Below are positions 25,101 to 37,500 of a stretch of DNA of 64,000 nucleotides, one piece after another. The DNA comes from Mizuhopecten yessoensis. Taxonomy: Eukaryota. Within the stretch, counting starts at the first letter, position 1, and every line of letters starts with the position of its first letter. The stretch is from contig NW_018408751.1 in NCBI RefSeq assembly GCF_002113885.1, positions 531,312-595,311 on the forward strand. The letters run 5' to 3'. The notes beneath the pieces were generated by a model. The model ran no database searches. It worked only from the letters and a program-made list of their open reading frames with translations, and was not told the DNA's origin. Both the position numbers and the translations under genes were made by a program.

Positions 25101-28100
25101 AATAAAATAAAATGTAACTAACGCGACTTTCTTTTAGTGGACCAATCACTTTTTATTTATTTATTTCATTTAAGCATGCAGCCAAAATCCTTGCTGAATT
25201 CCGGCGGTGCTCTTCGATCGTACGTGACGAAATGTTTTTACTGAACCTTAGGGGTCACCTTAAAATTTTCTTACTCTTAATTATCAGAATATTGCAGAGC
25301 TTTTCCTATAACGAGATGAAATGGTGTCAAATATTAATACTAGTCATATAGAGGTTGAACACAAAGCTAAAAGTTCATCTAAAACTGCTTTCTTTTAAGT
25401 TCAAGATCTCTCAAATGTTGAAAAAGAATGAAACTGTTTAATGTTACTTGTTGTCAGTACTTTTTTATGTCAATAAAATGGACTGGAAAATGTTATATGC
25501 ACATTACTTAAACAGGTATATTACAGTCATTTTTTGGAAATGATATACAAAAAAGATTGTATTAGCTGAAAAGCTATTTTTTGTCAAAATTAACAATAGT
25601 TAAAAGAATTTAAATCTGAAGACTATAGATAATATCTATCCAACATCACTTTGTACATGAAACTATTAGTAAAACTTGATCTGATGGGACTGAGAATTGG
25701 ACAAAAATGTCCTGGCTGATCAAAAGACAGAGTAAATATAAAAAAATTACAGCTTCTTGAGACTGGTTCTATTGCAATCAAAGGTGGTACACACCCCACA
25801 AAAATTGGGTATCAAACTTTCTTACTGTATGTGTTCATTCTCTAAAGGGAAATCGTGATTCCTGGAATTCTCCTGAATCTGTTCAGGGACTTCAATCTCC
25901 AGTTTGTCATTTGGTATATCAACTGTCAAACCACTGGCATTCTGAGAACTATCTTCCAAAATGACATCTTTATTTTCATCCTCATCCTCATTCTGTGTGG
26001 TTGTATTTTGCACCAACTCTTCATCTGTTGAAAGTACTGTAGGAGAAACATAAAATAAACATGCATCTAAGAAATAGCAAAGAATGCCAAAGATTTTTCT
26101 GTTTTCAAGAATTTGAGAATTTTTGTACTGTGAAGAGGAACAAAAAAGGCAAATCAAAAAATACACAAAATATTTTTTTTTGTTGATTGCTTAATCAAAA
26201 ATTACTCAGAACTACAGTTTCCCAAAATGAAGAGAATGTTTCCTTTTCTTCAAGTCAAATAATTAAGAAGGGCAATGAGTAAATAACCGAAAAGGGCAGG
26301 TTTATATTAATGACAGAGTAAAACAGCCTGGGGGAAAAGTTACTGAATCCTTGACACACTATGGACACAGTATTACATGATCTTAGCTACATTTAAGATT
26401 TATCCAAAGCGAGGGCTTGGTGTATACTGAAGCACACCATTTTTTTATGAAACAATATTGACCAGAGGTGAATTCAGTTGGTATGTGACACACAGGTTGA
26501 CCATGATATACATACATATCGTGGTCTCTCTGCATGAACTTTTGGGTGTGATATTTGACCCAGAAACATGTATTTTGGTATTTTGATGTCAAAAGGTCCA
26601 ATAGAGGTTGTAACGTTACCATATTGGTATGCGACAGAACCTTCCCAAGATGAACCAATGTGATGTCAATATCATGAAACAGAGGCAGAGATATATGCTC
26701 TGGAAACCTATAATTCCACATCAGAGATAAAAGGTCGAAAGGTCGGAAGAGGTTTTATGACCTTATTTTTGTAATATGCATCACAGCATATTCTTATTAT
26801 GTACTTGCATACCAAGTCTGAAGTTCTTATGCATGCTACCATCCAGGCCATGCAGCAGTAGCTCAAGTGATCAATATAAGTTTTAAAAACTTACTATATA
26901 ATTGTAAAATAAGTGTCATAATTATTGTAAAATAACTCAAGTTTACCAGTGATCATAAAACAGTGGCCAAGACTTGCTTGAGAAATCAATCCAATAAATA
27001 TATGTACAATAGATATATTTCCAGATCCGAGACCAAAGGTGGTCACAATAACCTTTTTTAGTAGGCTACACAACCAAAATCCCAAGTTTGATGTCCATAC
27101 AAATGTCAAGCTACCCTCACTACATCCAAGTGGGGTATTAAATCCTTGAAAATGTTTAAATCAAGTTTTATAAAGAATTTACATAACAGAAGACATGACT
27201 CAAGATCAGTAAATAAATATATCAGTGTTGTTGAACTTGAATTTCTATTCAAGTTTTCTAATTTTCAAAAACTTACATTAATAAACTCTTTAATAAATGT
27301 ATTGCATGCCTGAATATGCATTTATGCCATCCCTTTATCATTTTGAAGCATAACATTTTGAAATGACCTCACTAGTTTTAAACTGTTCTGTCTGCAAAAG
27401 GACCCATTTGATCTCTTCTTCCCAGAATGTATGGCAAAAAGCAGATAATCATTGGTAATAAGTTCTGAAACCACACTTGTGGAAATTCATCAAACTGAAC
27501 AGAAATAGATCAGTGCCATTTCAAAAGCAATTTGTCCTTTAAGGCAGATAACATATAAAATAAAATGAGCATTGGACTATATGTCAAATATTTTGTGTTC
27601 CCTGCAACGTTTGCTTCGGTTTGATATGAGGATGCATGGTGTCAATGCAAATGCAGGCAGATTTAAAGTTACATTGGTCTAATGGTGTGTTCATGACTCT
27701 GTCGATAGCGGACTGGAACACCTGCTCCCACTCTTCAGCAGACAAGGTTTTGACTGGTTCACTAGCTTTTTCTTTTTTCTAAAAAGAATTAAAAAAATCT
27801 GAAAACGAGACAATGCAAGTTCCGAAAACAGATGTTCTGCATTTAACGTATTTGACAGAAAATAAGCCCCCTCCCATTTTGGCAAATGGCCTGGAACCTG
27901 GTATTAATCTCACAATTGTAACCTTAAGAGTGGACTAAAATAAAGCTAAAAGCAAAACATCAGTGTCTTGACTTAAGTCATTCAAAAGCAAAGCACCTGT
28001 TAAATGATTAAAACTGACCCCTGTGACCTTGAAAGTCAAACATGGACTTTAATTTGAACAAAATCTATAGCCTTCCTCACAGTATGCAACTTGTCAAACA

Positions 28101-31100
28101 TCACCCTAATGGCCCTATACCTTTTGTTTATTGAGGTGACTTTTAAAGATTTATGTACTGTGGACCAGATGTGACCTTGAAAATATGTCAAGGTCATTCA
28201 CATGAACAATTGATCACCCTGGAACCTTAAGTTATTCAGAAGTTTTTAAGACAAATACCCCCCTCCCCCTCCCCCTTTGACCTTGAATATGGGTGAAGGT
28301 CATTCATTTGAACAAACTTTGTAGCACTTTATCCCAGCATGCTAATGGCCAAATATCATCATCCTGGGCCTCTTGGTTATTTAGAGGAAGTTGTTTAATA
28401 GTTTAAACATATTTGACCCCTGTGACCTTGAAAATGGACAAAGGTCATTCATTTGAAGAAACTTGATAGCTCTTTATTCCAGCATGCTACAGTCCAAATA
28501 TTATCAGCCTGGGTATCTTGGTTATTCAGAAGAAGTTGTTTAAAGTGTTCAACATATTTGACCCCTGTGACCTTGAATATAGGCAAAGGTCATTTCTTTT
28601 CACTTATTTTGTCAGGCTTTATCCTAGGAATCTACCGACCAAATATCACGCTTCTTGGCCTTTTGTTTATTCAGAAGACGTTTAAAGGTTTTAACAAATT
28701 TGACCCCTGTGACCTTGAATATGGGTCAGGGTCATTTCTTTTCGCAAACCTTGTCAGGCGTCATTCTAAAAACTTATTAGCCAGATATCATGCTTCTGGG
28801 CCTTTTGGTTAATCAGAAGAAGTCGTTTAAAAGGTTTTAACAAATTTGACCCCTGTGACCTTGAATATGACAAAATATTTCCTAGTGCTATTACTAAAAT
28901 ATCAAAATTAATTAGTGTTTCTATTTGATTTGGTTTTCCTTGTTCTCATTTTCCTTACTTTCCAGTTTTTTTTCAGTTGGATATTTGACTATCCAACAAT
29001 AATATTGTTGGATAGTCAAATATCCAACTGGACTTCATTAAGTGTTCACAATGAATGACGTCACAGGGATTTTTTAACATCAGTTCTTATTAAACAGTCA
29101 ATATCAATCAGTATCTATGATAACAAATGATCAATTTGGTTTAATGGTGAATTCTACATCTATTCAAAAATCTTCTTCGACTTCAATACCTACTTAGGAC
29201 TGGGGGCCAGAAGGCTCCTAAAATTCAGGAGGGACCAACTGATCCCCTGAATTTCTGTTCATAGTGACCCACCTGACCCCAGCTATGCTATTTATGCCTG
29301 ATTTTTGGAAACTAAGAGGTTTCAGCTACAATTTCTGGCACTGCAGGTTTTTCTTTTTTCAGAAAGGTTGCCCGAGGAATATTCAATAAAATGTTGGTTT
29401 TTTATTATTATTAAAACTTTGCTACATGGACTTTCACTTGCTTGTGAGGCTTTGACTGCTCATCAGGTCGTCAAGGTTTTAAGGAGGACTCCCAAATTTC
29501 TTTGTAATACATTTTTGTGCAATAATTCATAGTATCTTACTGTCTTAAAGACGAACTTTGAAGAGTTGCTTCAACCTTGAAATATATAATATTACTACTG
29601 CAGTGAACTAGAGACACTTGGTAAGGTTCTGACAATTCTGAACATAACAGGAATGATATATAATGAAAGGTACGAAAGTGTCAGTCAGGATAAGAAGATT
29701 TTTTGTTTAATATATAATATGTGTTTTTACCTCAGTTTCCTTCAGTTTTGCCTTTTTACTTTTTGTCGTATTTTCCTCTTTATTGCATTCAGATGAGATG
29801 GGTGTCTGAACTGAATCATCCTAAATAAAATGAAAATAACATTGCAATTAAGTCACAAAGTGTTTTGAAACAGAAAATTAACAGATGTACAAGCATCATG
29901 ATCTATCAGAAGGGACAATGAAAATCAGTTATTTTTCTATGACTTACGGCAGGAAGAACCTCAGCCCCACCAGTCATACTTGATTTCTTGGTATTTTTTG
30001 GTTTCACAGAATCTTTTTCTTTATCCACATCATTACTTTGTTTTTTAATTGATTTCTTGGTCTCTTTTGGCTTCACTTCCTTTGATCCAACGCTTTCCTG
30101 TGAAATAAGATACAAAGATACATAAAGTACTACAGGGGCAGAACAATATATGCCTGTCATATATGCCATGCATCCCATAACAAAGTGACATATATAATGT
30201 AATGGTGAAATAAAACAAGAAGAACCTTCATTTGTACTCCATTACAGAAGAAAATTAAATCATTTCTTGTATGTGGTTAAAGGGGAAAACACTTTGTACT
30301 TTACTAGCCGGTGAAAGAGTAAATAAGCCTCAAGAATCATAAAAAAATCTTTAACTGTATTAGAATAGCCTCCCTTTGCCCACATTTCAATTCATCTTTT
30401 AAAATGTACTTAATTACAACCAGATTTTGCTCAAATTATAACTTAGTTTTTGTCATTGTATATAGTTCCATCAGAACCAGAATCCATTTATATTTGTTTT
30501 TCCCCGTTATTACGCTTAAGCCTAAGCTTTTGTATAATGTATATGCTTAACCAAAGTTTCATCAACACATAATAATCTTAAAGCAATTATCTTATTTTGT
30601 AGAAATCAAAGTGTGGACATACGCTCCCCATACCAGATCTTGTCTAAATTTCATTTTTTACATCTACAAAGAAGTATAACAATGTCATCTATTTTGAAAA
30701 AAACTTGACAGTCCTTCATCCCAGTAAACTTTATATCATTACCCTAGGCATTATGGTTCTTTATATGTTTATTTATTTGAATAAATAATAGAAATGGCTT
30801 TAAAACCTTTGTATCTTTGGATTTTTTTGGCTTCTTTTTCTTCTCTGATTTTTCATTCTTGTTTTTCTTCATGTCATCATTCAATCCCTATTAATACAAG
30901 AATAAATTCACAATCAAAATTAACATGTTGCATTTTGCATAATTCATATTAAATTTTTCAATTTCAAATATTCCTGCATTAATTTCACAATCCAAAATTA
31001 ATTGCTAAATCAAAAAAATTGTTGTGAATATTATTATCTGAACCTCTGAAATAATTTCTCCCTGACTACATATTTATCAAGTCAATTTTCAACTCCACTG

Positions 31101-33199
31101 CCAATTGAATTTTTTGGAGTTTTTCTTTTTTTTATTGTACTCAGTTCAGAGTTGTATTTCATTATTATAATCATACTAAGCATATTTCAGAAAAAACATT
31201 GATGTACACACAATTGCAGATGCTGTCAAATTTTCGCAGTCATTGAGTGTTAACATTATTTAAATTCAAAAGAAAAACATGTATTTAATTTGCAATATTT
31301 AGCTATATGGGCTGGATTCCAAGGTTTCTTTATTATATTCATCTTTTTAATTTTTATTTTAGAAAATTAGATAGAAAATTACTCTATCATAAAGCAATAA
31401 ATTTAAAGTGATGATCGATCATGAATTTTAATATCTTTCTCATATTCTTTCAAATCTATGTTTACCTGTTCAACTGGATCTATGCTCTTCTTTGGTTCCG
31501 TTTCTTTTGTTTTCTGGGGTTTTACTTTTCCAACTGTATCACCATTGCTCTAATGGGTAGGGATGAAAAAAATTATATACTAGGGGTGTCACAATACGCC
31601 AAGAGTGTATCCCGATATATTGTCATAGGACAGATGTGCTAAATTTTATAATAAGTTGTTGTCAGACTGTTATCAAACTGAATCATATATGATATGGATT
31701 ACATAGATTTAAGATTTTTGTCAAACCGACCATCGATTACAAATGTTTCCACATAAATTTCGAAAATTTCCATAAAGAAGAAGTTGTTTGAAGTAATTGA
31801 TCACAAACAGACCTCCAGGGAGAACAATGGAAGCCATGCTTTAGGCTCAGTTTGATCCCTTGGATCAAGTCAAGTTAAGAAAAGTGGAGGGGTTCTAAAT
31901 TTAAAAATTGTAATTGCTACATAATAAATACCATTGATGGTGCCTTCGTAGGAGCCTGAAATCCAGAAGCCTTTTTCTTCTTCATTACTTTGATACTCGT
32001 TGAACTTTTAGATGTTTCTGAATCTTGAACAGATGATGTTGCTTCGGTTTTTTCTTCAGAATCTTTAACAGATGACGTTGCTTCGGTTTTTTCTTCAGAA
32101 TCTTTAACAGACGACGTTGTTTCAGTTTTTTCTTCAAAATCTTTAACAGGTGACGTTGTTTCAGTTTTTCCTTCAGAATCTTTAACAGATGACGTTGCTT
32201 CGGTTTTTTCTTCAGAATCTTTAACAGATGACGTTGCTTCGGTTTTTTCTTCAGAATCTTTAACAGGTGACGTTGTTTCGGTTTTTTCTTCAGAATCTTT
32301 AACAGACGACGTTGTTTCAGTTTTTTCTTCAGAATCTTTAACAGGTGACGTTGTTTCAGTTTTTTCTTCAGAATCTTTAACAGATGACGTTGTTTCAATT
32401 TTTTCTTCAGAATCTTTAACAGGTGACGTTGTTTCAGTTTTTTCTTCAGAATCTTTAACAGGTGACGTTGTTTCAGTTTTTTCTTCTGAGTTCTCTTTAG
32501 CGTCTCCCATGTTATGAATTACTTCCTTGAATTATAAAAGAAAAAAACAAAGAACATAAAAGTATGTACACTTTTGATATATATATAATTAATTGAAGTC
32601 AATTGTTTTTAAACCATTCATGTTGAATGGCAAAACCATTTTGTATGACAATAGGAAAATATGAAGAAGATTTTGATTACAATGAACCAGTTGACTCAAG
32701 ATTTCAAAGGTTGGCCACAGTAACACTAACAACAAGAGTACCGCGGTGGTGGAACAATATACACCCGTTGAATGCCATAAAGTGTTATATACTTTCTTAC
32801 ATTGAAATAAGATCTGCATCATTCTAAGAGTGGTTAGCTGACATGCTATAAAAAATGTAGGAGGAGATTGCCGGACAAGAATCAAATACTGAAATGAACA
32901 AAGGGCAATAACTTTTGCAAAAATCGCTGAATCAAAATTCTTTTAAGGGAGACATAATTTCATATCATGGTTATAATGTATACCAAGTTTCAAAGAGATC
33001 GGTCGAAAAATGTAGGAGGAGATGGCCGGACAAACAAAAGTTTAGGTCGGACGGCCCCATACCATAATACTCTCGTTAAATTTGACGGGCGTATCAAAAC
33101 ACGAACCACTTTATCGACACCGGGTTGGCAGATGACTGGAAGCTCTGCAGATACTTCTGGTAAATCACTTAATTCTGGATCATTTTCCGAAGTCTCCAT
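16149..33199 (-). CDS. ZCWPW1: Zinc finger CW-type and PWWP domain protein (ZCWPW1-like), about 1220-1240 aa
   Basis: Phase-consistent exons: 33199-33107, 32525-31932, 31549-31466, 30887-30807, 30097-29948, 29820-29731, 27778-27673 (TLSAEEWEQVFQSAIDRVM), 26036-25826, 24872-24676, 24015-23800 (alternative donor 23863), 23161-23054 (zf-CW: TWVQCSNTACQKWRFL..KWICEMN), 22369-22255 (SCEKREQDY..GSIVWARMVGYP), 21800-21725 (WWPAMVEIDPD), 21027-20908 (YHVVYLDNKVSRAWV), 19438-19358, 18928-18853, 18296-18069, 17882-17790, 17146-16149. The zf-CW followed by PWWP order defines ZCWPW1/2. The long N-terminus and MEPCE adjacency favour ZCWPW1. Low-complexity exons are less certain than the domain exons. Confidence 0.85.
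19812..20602. repeat. 47-bp intronic minisatellite with a 348-bp higher-order duplication
   Basis: Unit AATAAATGGTGTTCAATCTACCCACTATAAAGTGCAATGAGAAACAG, about 17 copies. The variant AAAGGGCCATGAG occurs at 19913 and 20261. Confidence 0.95.
28010..28870. mobile_element. Degenerate HINE/pearl-like tandem array remnant (about 145-bp units)
   Basis: TTTGACCCCTGTGACCTTGAA..AAGGTCATT recurs at about 28017, 28412, 28557, 28699 and 28846. Termini were not recognised. Confidence 0.65.
28974..29030. repeat. Perfect 57-bp palindrome (28-bp arms, 1-nt spacer)
   Basis: CAGTTGGATATTTGACTATCCAACAATA-A-TATTGTTGGATAGTCAAATATCCAACTG. Confidence 0.95.
32020..32490 (-). repeat. 39-bp coding tandem repeat (12 x KDSEEKTETTS[P/S]V) in a ZCWPW1 exon
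   Basis: Plus-strand unit TTCTTCAGAATCTTTAACAGGTGACGTTGTTTCAGTTTT, in frame within exon 32525-31932. Confidence 0.95.
32731..33099 (-). mobile_element. Short non-autonomous Helentron/HINE-like element in the first coding intron of ZCWPW1
   Basis: Begins AACAAGAGTACCGCGGT, has subterminal inverted motif TACACCCGT/ACGGGCGTA, and is colinear (reverse complement) with 42461-42718 plus 44788-44891. Confidence 0.75.
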
Positions 33200-33319
33200 T
33201 CTTTCAAGTTCTAAACAAAAAAGTAAAAATGTTATATATTATAGACAGGGTAGGTTAGCAATGCTGGCTCTCTGTACTCTGTAGGCTTATACTGTAGTAC
33301 CAAGAAAGATAGTGGTGTG

Positions 33320-33435
33320 CTTCCACCAGGGATCAAACCCGCAACCCCAAGCTTCCCAGTCCAACCTTCTTCTCAAGTACTGATTTAGCTAAAAGGAAAT
33401 TCCCCCTAACTCGAAGCTAGAAGGTGACAGTAATC
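33320..33435 (-). mobile_element. Degenerate tRNA-derived SINE head fragment
   Basis: Minus-strand A-box-like TAGCTAAATCAG and B-box-like GGGTTTGATCCC. No intact cloverleaf. Confidence 0.35.
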
Positions 33436-34039
33436 TTTTGTACAATAAAAATATGACAAAATCATTGAAAGCTAAATTACTAGCAATTCCAACTATATGT
33501 TTAAATTTACCTTATAATGTAGAAAATTTCAACACTAGATATCTGTTCAGTTGTTGTGTCAATAAGAAATCTCAGGTACTGTTATTTATTATAGGCAGGC
33601 TAGTATTAAATGTAACTTGGCTCTCTGTACTCTATATACTGTATATTTATGCAGTTTTAACACAGCTTTCACAGTAATGGATGGTAAATTTGATAGAGAT
33701 CAGAGCCGCCGACTTATAGGTTTAACGACTAGATTCTGGAACCTTAATTAATGTTGAGCTGTTTTCAAATTGTCACTATGTTGGTCACTTGATGAACTTT
33801 ATTACTACTGTTCTCGATTTAATGTGGGTGATTATTGTAAGAATAACCTCTATTCCATGGACTAGAGAATTAGGCAGAATAAATTTATGAACCAGGCATA
33901 CCAAAATCGAATTTCCCGCCTTTCTTACTGTTCAAGATTTTTAAATCTGGTTTAGGCCTATATCAAATTTGTAAATTTTTTGATCGAATTAAAGTGGTTC
34001 AATACACGACAATCTCTGTCTTTTTTCTTACCAATTACA

Positions 34040-34565
34040 CGTATTATTTAAAAAATATTTTCAGTCTTCTTATGTTTACCGCTGGTCCTTTTTGAACAGC
34101 AAACGTTATGTGTTTACATTCAACAGACGACAGCTGCCTACACCACTCGGTCGTGAAATAATGACTCGTGGTTTTATATCAATCGCAAGTGTTACGTCCG
34201 ATGATGTTCCGAATGTTATTTCCCATACCTCATTGCGGTGTTCATGCGCACATCGAGCACTTGCTGAGCAGGAGCACGGAACAAGCTGGGGAACCGAGGT
34301 GGTATTTCTCTCTCAAAGCGGTATTTAAGATATTTGCTGATACATTTATGGAACATTTCATGTTAATTTAACTTCTTTAACTGCATAATTTGAGCGTGCT
34401 CATTGCTGGTAGGCTATATAAAGAGGTTTATATGTAGGTCAATTGACTGTTTTGATGTCCGACTTTGTTAGTGTAGTCATTGCCCGCTAGATGGCGGAAC
34501 TGAGTCGTATTTATGTTGTACACGTGCTGATGTCAACATAAATATTCGTCGCCCCAACGTTCAGA
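34040..34565. promoter_or_regulatory. Candidate bidirectional promoter / 5' UTR region shared by ZCWPW1 and MEPCE
   Basis: The divergent start codons are 1367 bp apart. The region is locally richer in GC and CpG. NRF1-like CATGCGCA at about 34242 and YY1-like AGATGGCGG at about 34489. Possible non-coding-exon donors at about 34031/34079 (minus) and about 34302 (plus). TSSs cannot be determined. Confidence 0.55.
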
Positions 34566-37500
34566 ATGAGTGTCGAGGTAAAGACTCCGACACGGACTCA
34601 GTTCGAGCACACTGAGTTCCACTGTGGTGAGAAACAGTTAAGAAGTGGAAATTCTCCGCCTCTCAGAAAGTTTTCATTCGGTGACAATAAGAACCAGAAT
34701 GAAGGAAAACAGGTCAGGAAACGTCGCTTCAGCCAGTTTCGTGCCGAGACAAACCAGCAACACCAGTCTTTTGGCTTCAGGAGAAAGAGGCTGAAGTCCA
34801 TGCCATCAGAAACAATAGTGCTTCCTACTAAATTTCTTCTTGGTGGAAATATCAACGATCCATTAAACCTAAATAGTATGAATGACAAGGAGATTGACAA
34901 AGTGTTAAACGAGAAAACTCCAGTATCTTCGCCCTTACCTACTCCTCTTCATCGACAGAAGGTTGAAGTTCATATTCCAACAAACATCACTGACCCTTTG
35001 AATCTGAATTTAGACGAGGACTGGAATTTGACAAAAGGTGCAAATCGCAATAAGAAAAAGCACAAACATAAAAATAAGAAGAAAGGAGATTCAAGCCAAA
35101 ATACATCCACTTCTTCAGTCATGTCAACATCTTTGTCAAAAGAACCATGCTCTGAAAAACGAAAGGGTCTTCTGGAAGCATTAAGGATTGAAATTGATGA
35201 CGATGACATTGCCGTCCCAAATGCTCCAGAAACTAAAAAGACATCTACAACATCTACTGAGACATCAGAAAGTGCTAAGACAGTGACTGTTAATGTTCCT
35301 AATGCAGATAAAATTGTTTCTCCTGTCATTTCGCAGATTTCACCAAGTAACCCTTTTTACCGACGCCGACGGCGGACTCTAAGCATGAGCGATGCCAGGC
35401 CAGAACCATCTTCATTAGTGTCACGATCCATTTTGAGAACCTCATTAAGTCCACCGAGATATTCATTAGATCAGGACAAAGTCACACCACCAAAAAAGTT
35501 CAAAAGACAGTTCAGTCAAAAACCTGCAGAAAAGACAGCTTCAAGTTCAACTTCACACAAACAATTTTCAAAAAAAGGAAAATTCATCTATGGCAACTAC
35601 AACAGGTATTATGGATATAGAAATCCTGACACTGCAGATGATCACAGACTGATTTCCTTCAAGAAAGAGTGGTTTGAGGGAAAGGATGCAATTGACATTG
35701 GATGCAATGTTGGACATGTGACATTAGCGATAGCAAAAGAAATGCATCCTCGTAAAGTTATAGGAATCGACATTGATTCTAGTTTGATTGCTGCTGCTAG
35801 AAAAAATGTGAGACATTATATCTCAAAAGAGAACACGGGAAGTTTTCCCATTTCAAATACTCTGAGTTACGGTCCGATTGCTGCCCCACCAGTGAATGAA
35901 GCCAACAGCCACCCAAAGTTTCCACACAATGTTGTGTTTGTACAGGTAATTATCAACCTTAAATGTATAATTAGTAATTGCTTAAACAGACACTTTTCAT
36001 GCATATCGTAACCGTATTAATGTAGTGAGCTTAATTACATAAAGATATTACCCATTTCTTGCTTGGCTCCTTCAATACTTATTGTAAGTGTTTCTAAGGT
36101 GCTTTGAAAAACAATGAACCAGGGCTGATCCAGTGCAGGAGGGTTCAATATGGAGTTAGGGACAAGGAGCCGGGGGAAGTAGTTCAACCCCGGGATAACT
36201 CCGGCCAACATTGTGAAGATCAATCCANGGGGAATTTGCTCATTTTACTTTTGTATCATTATATTTGTGCTCATGCAGCTTACTTTTTTGGAGTTAATTT
36301 TTGATGGGGCCTTTTTGCCTCATTCTGGTAAGAAAATGTACCAATTAGGAAAGAAATTTTCAGGAGTAAACTGCAAGTTTTGGGAATTAGGCAAAAATAT
36401 GAAATAGTTGAAATTAGGATGGTACACATTATTGGCTCCAAAAAGTCCCCAAAAATAAACACTAACTGTATTAGTGTATACTTCATGTACAGTTGTATAT
36501 ATATGGCTGTTATTGTACATTAGATATCATGTATTTACAGGGAAATTATGTACCCGAGAGAGAAGAACTTCTAGAACTGGAAAAAGAAGATTATGACGTC
36601 ATCTTAGCTTTAAGTCTGACCAAATGGGTTCATCTCAACTTTGGTGATGATGGCCTTAAGCGGATGTTCAAGAGAATCTACCGACAGCTGCGACCTGGTG
36701 GGAGACTGATTTTGGAGCCTCAGCCCTGGTCCTCATACAAGAAAAAGAAGAAATTGACGGTAAGTGTTTCTAACCGAGTCGAGCATTGGTTCACATATGA
36801 CGTTCCAGACAACTTTTGTGCTGTCACCATATATGTTCAGCAAAATAGTTGCCAATACAAATGGGTTAAGCGATATCTTGATTTAGGAATGTGCACAAAC
36901 AGAAAGAGACATGGGACATGGAAAAATGTTTTGCAAGATGGCGGCGTATTAAATGATGGACATGGGTAAACTAATGTAGTACAGAACATTTACTTAAATG
37001 ATCGATGGACATTGTTATTGAATTTTATTGCACTTCCCGATGTAAAAAAAAGTTTTGAAAACTGAATTTCTCTAAATACCTATGCTCAGGAAACACTGAT
37101 AAAATGTACCCAGGCATAAACCAGTAGAAAGGCTAAATGTACGTGAGCATTTAATAACTGCTGATTCAGAATTGTAAATATTTTCACTTTGGTATTCAGT
37201 CAAGTAAGATTAGTATATTTATTTTATCTTTATAAATTAAATGTAGTCATCACTTCGTTCCTTGTGTAAAAATACTGAAAATCTTATAATTTCAGCCTGA
37301 GATTTTTGAAACCTTCAAAAGCATCTCCTTGAAACCAGAGCAGTTCTCTGACTACCTTCTGTCAAAAGAGGTCGGATTCTCAACGTGTGAGGTTGTAGAC
37401 ACTCCATTCAACAAGTCTAAAGGTAGGTATAGTTGGAAAGTGGTACCTGAAACAAAACCAGTGATTGTAATACTTACTTTCCATAGGGACCTGTGTTTTG

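Noticed and set aside
31985-32398. Cationic amphipathic LLKILKKK repeat ORF resembling an antimicrobial peptide
   Set aside because: Alternative frame of the 39-bp ZCWPW1 coding repeat. It is open only because the repeat lacks stops in that frame, and has no signal peptide or independent splice support.
36115-36145. CCAGGGCTGATC, reminiscent of the 7SK GAUC motif, inside MEPCE
   Set aside because: No paired GAUC stem, Pol III promoter or terminator. The match is too short to be meaningful.
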